Source: Psilocybe cubensis
Lineage: Eukaryota
Assembly (NCBI GenBank): GCA_017499595.2
Contig: CM039004.1
Location: 1,240,001 to 1,304,000, forward strand
Direction of reading: 5' to 3'
Length of the DNA: 64,000 nt
Both the position numbers and the translations under genes were made by a program. Below, piece by piece: positions 63,198-64,000 of the stretch (positions within the stretch are counted from its first letter, which is position 1; each line of letters opens with the position of its first letter). The notes below the pieces were generated by a model that ran no database searches, had not been told where the DNA came from, and saw only the letters and a list, made by a program, of their open reading frames with translations.

Positions 63198-64000
63198 CTA
63201 TACTTCGCAAATATCAACTTCCAAAAGACCCTTCGTTCGCAAATTACGCAGCTGTTTTATAAATTCTAGGGACACGGATTTTACCGACTCGTCACCAATA
63301 GGTCCGTCGAGCGCAAAATCTAGTCGGAAGCGCTTCATAGCATCGAACGTCGGTTGGGTAAGCAAATTGTCGAGATTATGCCAACCTGCTAATACGCTGT
63401 CGAATGCCTGTACTGTCAGAGACGGCGGTGGTTTATCGACTGTGCATGTGAGCGCAAAATCTACGAGTTGACTTGGAGCCGGTCCGGCTGTAGAAAACAT
63501 GGCGAGCAGCCAGGAAACCGGCTCCATGCGGCCGAGCAGGATGTGGGTATGCAATGAGAGATACTTGAGAGCCGGAAGATACGTCAGGCTAAGGGTATCC
63601 TTATGTGCGAGATGTGCGTCATAGTCGACTGGCGGAGAAAAGGGAATTGAATTCAGTACCGTGTGCGTGCATCGGTGTGAAATATGCTTACAATCGTGAT
63701 CAATATCTAATTCTAGATGCTGCAGGTTTGGTATAATTTCGAGGAGCTCCAGGATATTAGTATAGCTGTCAGGAGTGACGTTCATTATAAGGTGTTGTAG
63801 ACTTGACAAATTTAGGAAAGAATTGGTGCGCAGAAGAACCGGAATGATTAGCGCTAAGCTGTTTGACCGCAAAATCAAAGTCTCGAGGACAGTATTAGTT
63901 TCGGCTGTATGGGAGATGGAATCTGGCAAGTTGAGGTTGAGGACATGATCTAAGGCTGATGGAGAAAGGTGTGTCGCGGTGGCGATGTCGACATGGTCGA
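63198..64000 (-). CDS. C-terminal part of a hypothetical Leu-rich (F-box/LRR-like) agaricomycete protein; 5' end lies outside the window
   Basis: LxxLxL repeats (LETLILRS, LSSLQHLIM, PNLQHLELDI, LPALKYLSL), W..LD..L and LPxLxxKGxL-like terminus; one probable intron near 63640-63690. Confidence 0.55.
   Translation of the reverse strand, partial: DHVDIATATHLSPSALDHVLNLNLPDSISHTAETNTVLETLILRSNSLALIIPVLLRTNSFLNLSSLQHLIMNVTPDSYTNILELLEIIPNLQHLELDIDHDCKHISHRCTHTVLNSIPFSPPVDYDAHLAHKDTLSLTYLPALKYLSLHTHILLGRMEPVSWLLAMFSTAGPAPSQLVDFALTCTVDKPPPSLTVQAFDSVLAGWHNLDNLLTQPTFDAMKRFRLDFALDGPIGDESVKSVSLEFIKQLRNLRTKGLLEVDICEV

Overview
Intron-rich fungal genomic DNA, most consistent with an agaricomycete (mushroom-forming basidiomycete), with GT-AG introns of about 45-60 nt. 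Conserved housekeeping genes are present: REG1-like PP1 regulator, PACT/pericentrin-like spindle pole protein, CRD1, dolichyl-PP phosphatase, BCS1-like ATPase, RO10/dynactin p24-like, CCC2 Cu-ATPase, COQ3, NAT10/KRE33, MVP1 and PMT4. They are interleaved with accessory DNA: three paralogous Baeyer-Villiger-type flavin monooxygenases, a secreted GMC (aryl-alcohol oxidase-like) oxidoreductase, a dual-specificity phosphatase and several pseudogene relics. Three non-obvious structures stand out. (1) A minus-strand, TATA-driven, multi-intron transcript at about 54.6-56.5 kb has no long AUG ORF, near-uniform exons of about 140 nt, repeated UUGAG/GCAUG motifs and unusual splice signals. (2) A young 657-bp fold-back element with 183-bp TIRs and a 10-bp TSD sits in the splice donor of a decaying membrane-protein gene. 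(3) MVP1 contains a 180-nt stop-free, in-frame intron. Gene spans include introns, and all family calls are from motif recognition, not database searches.
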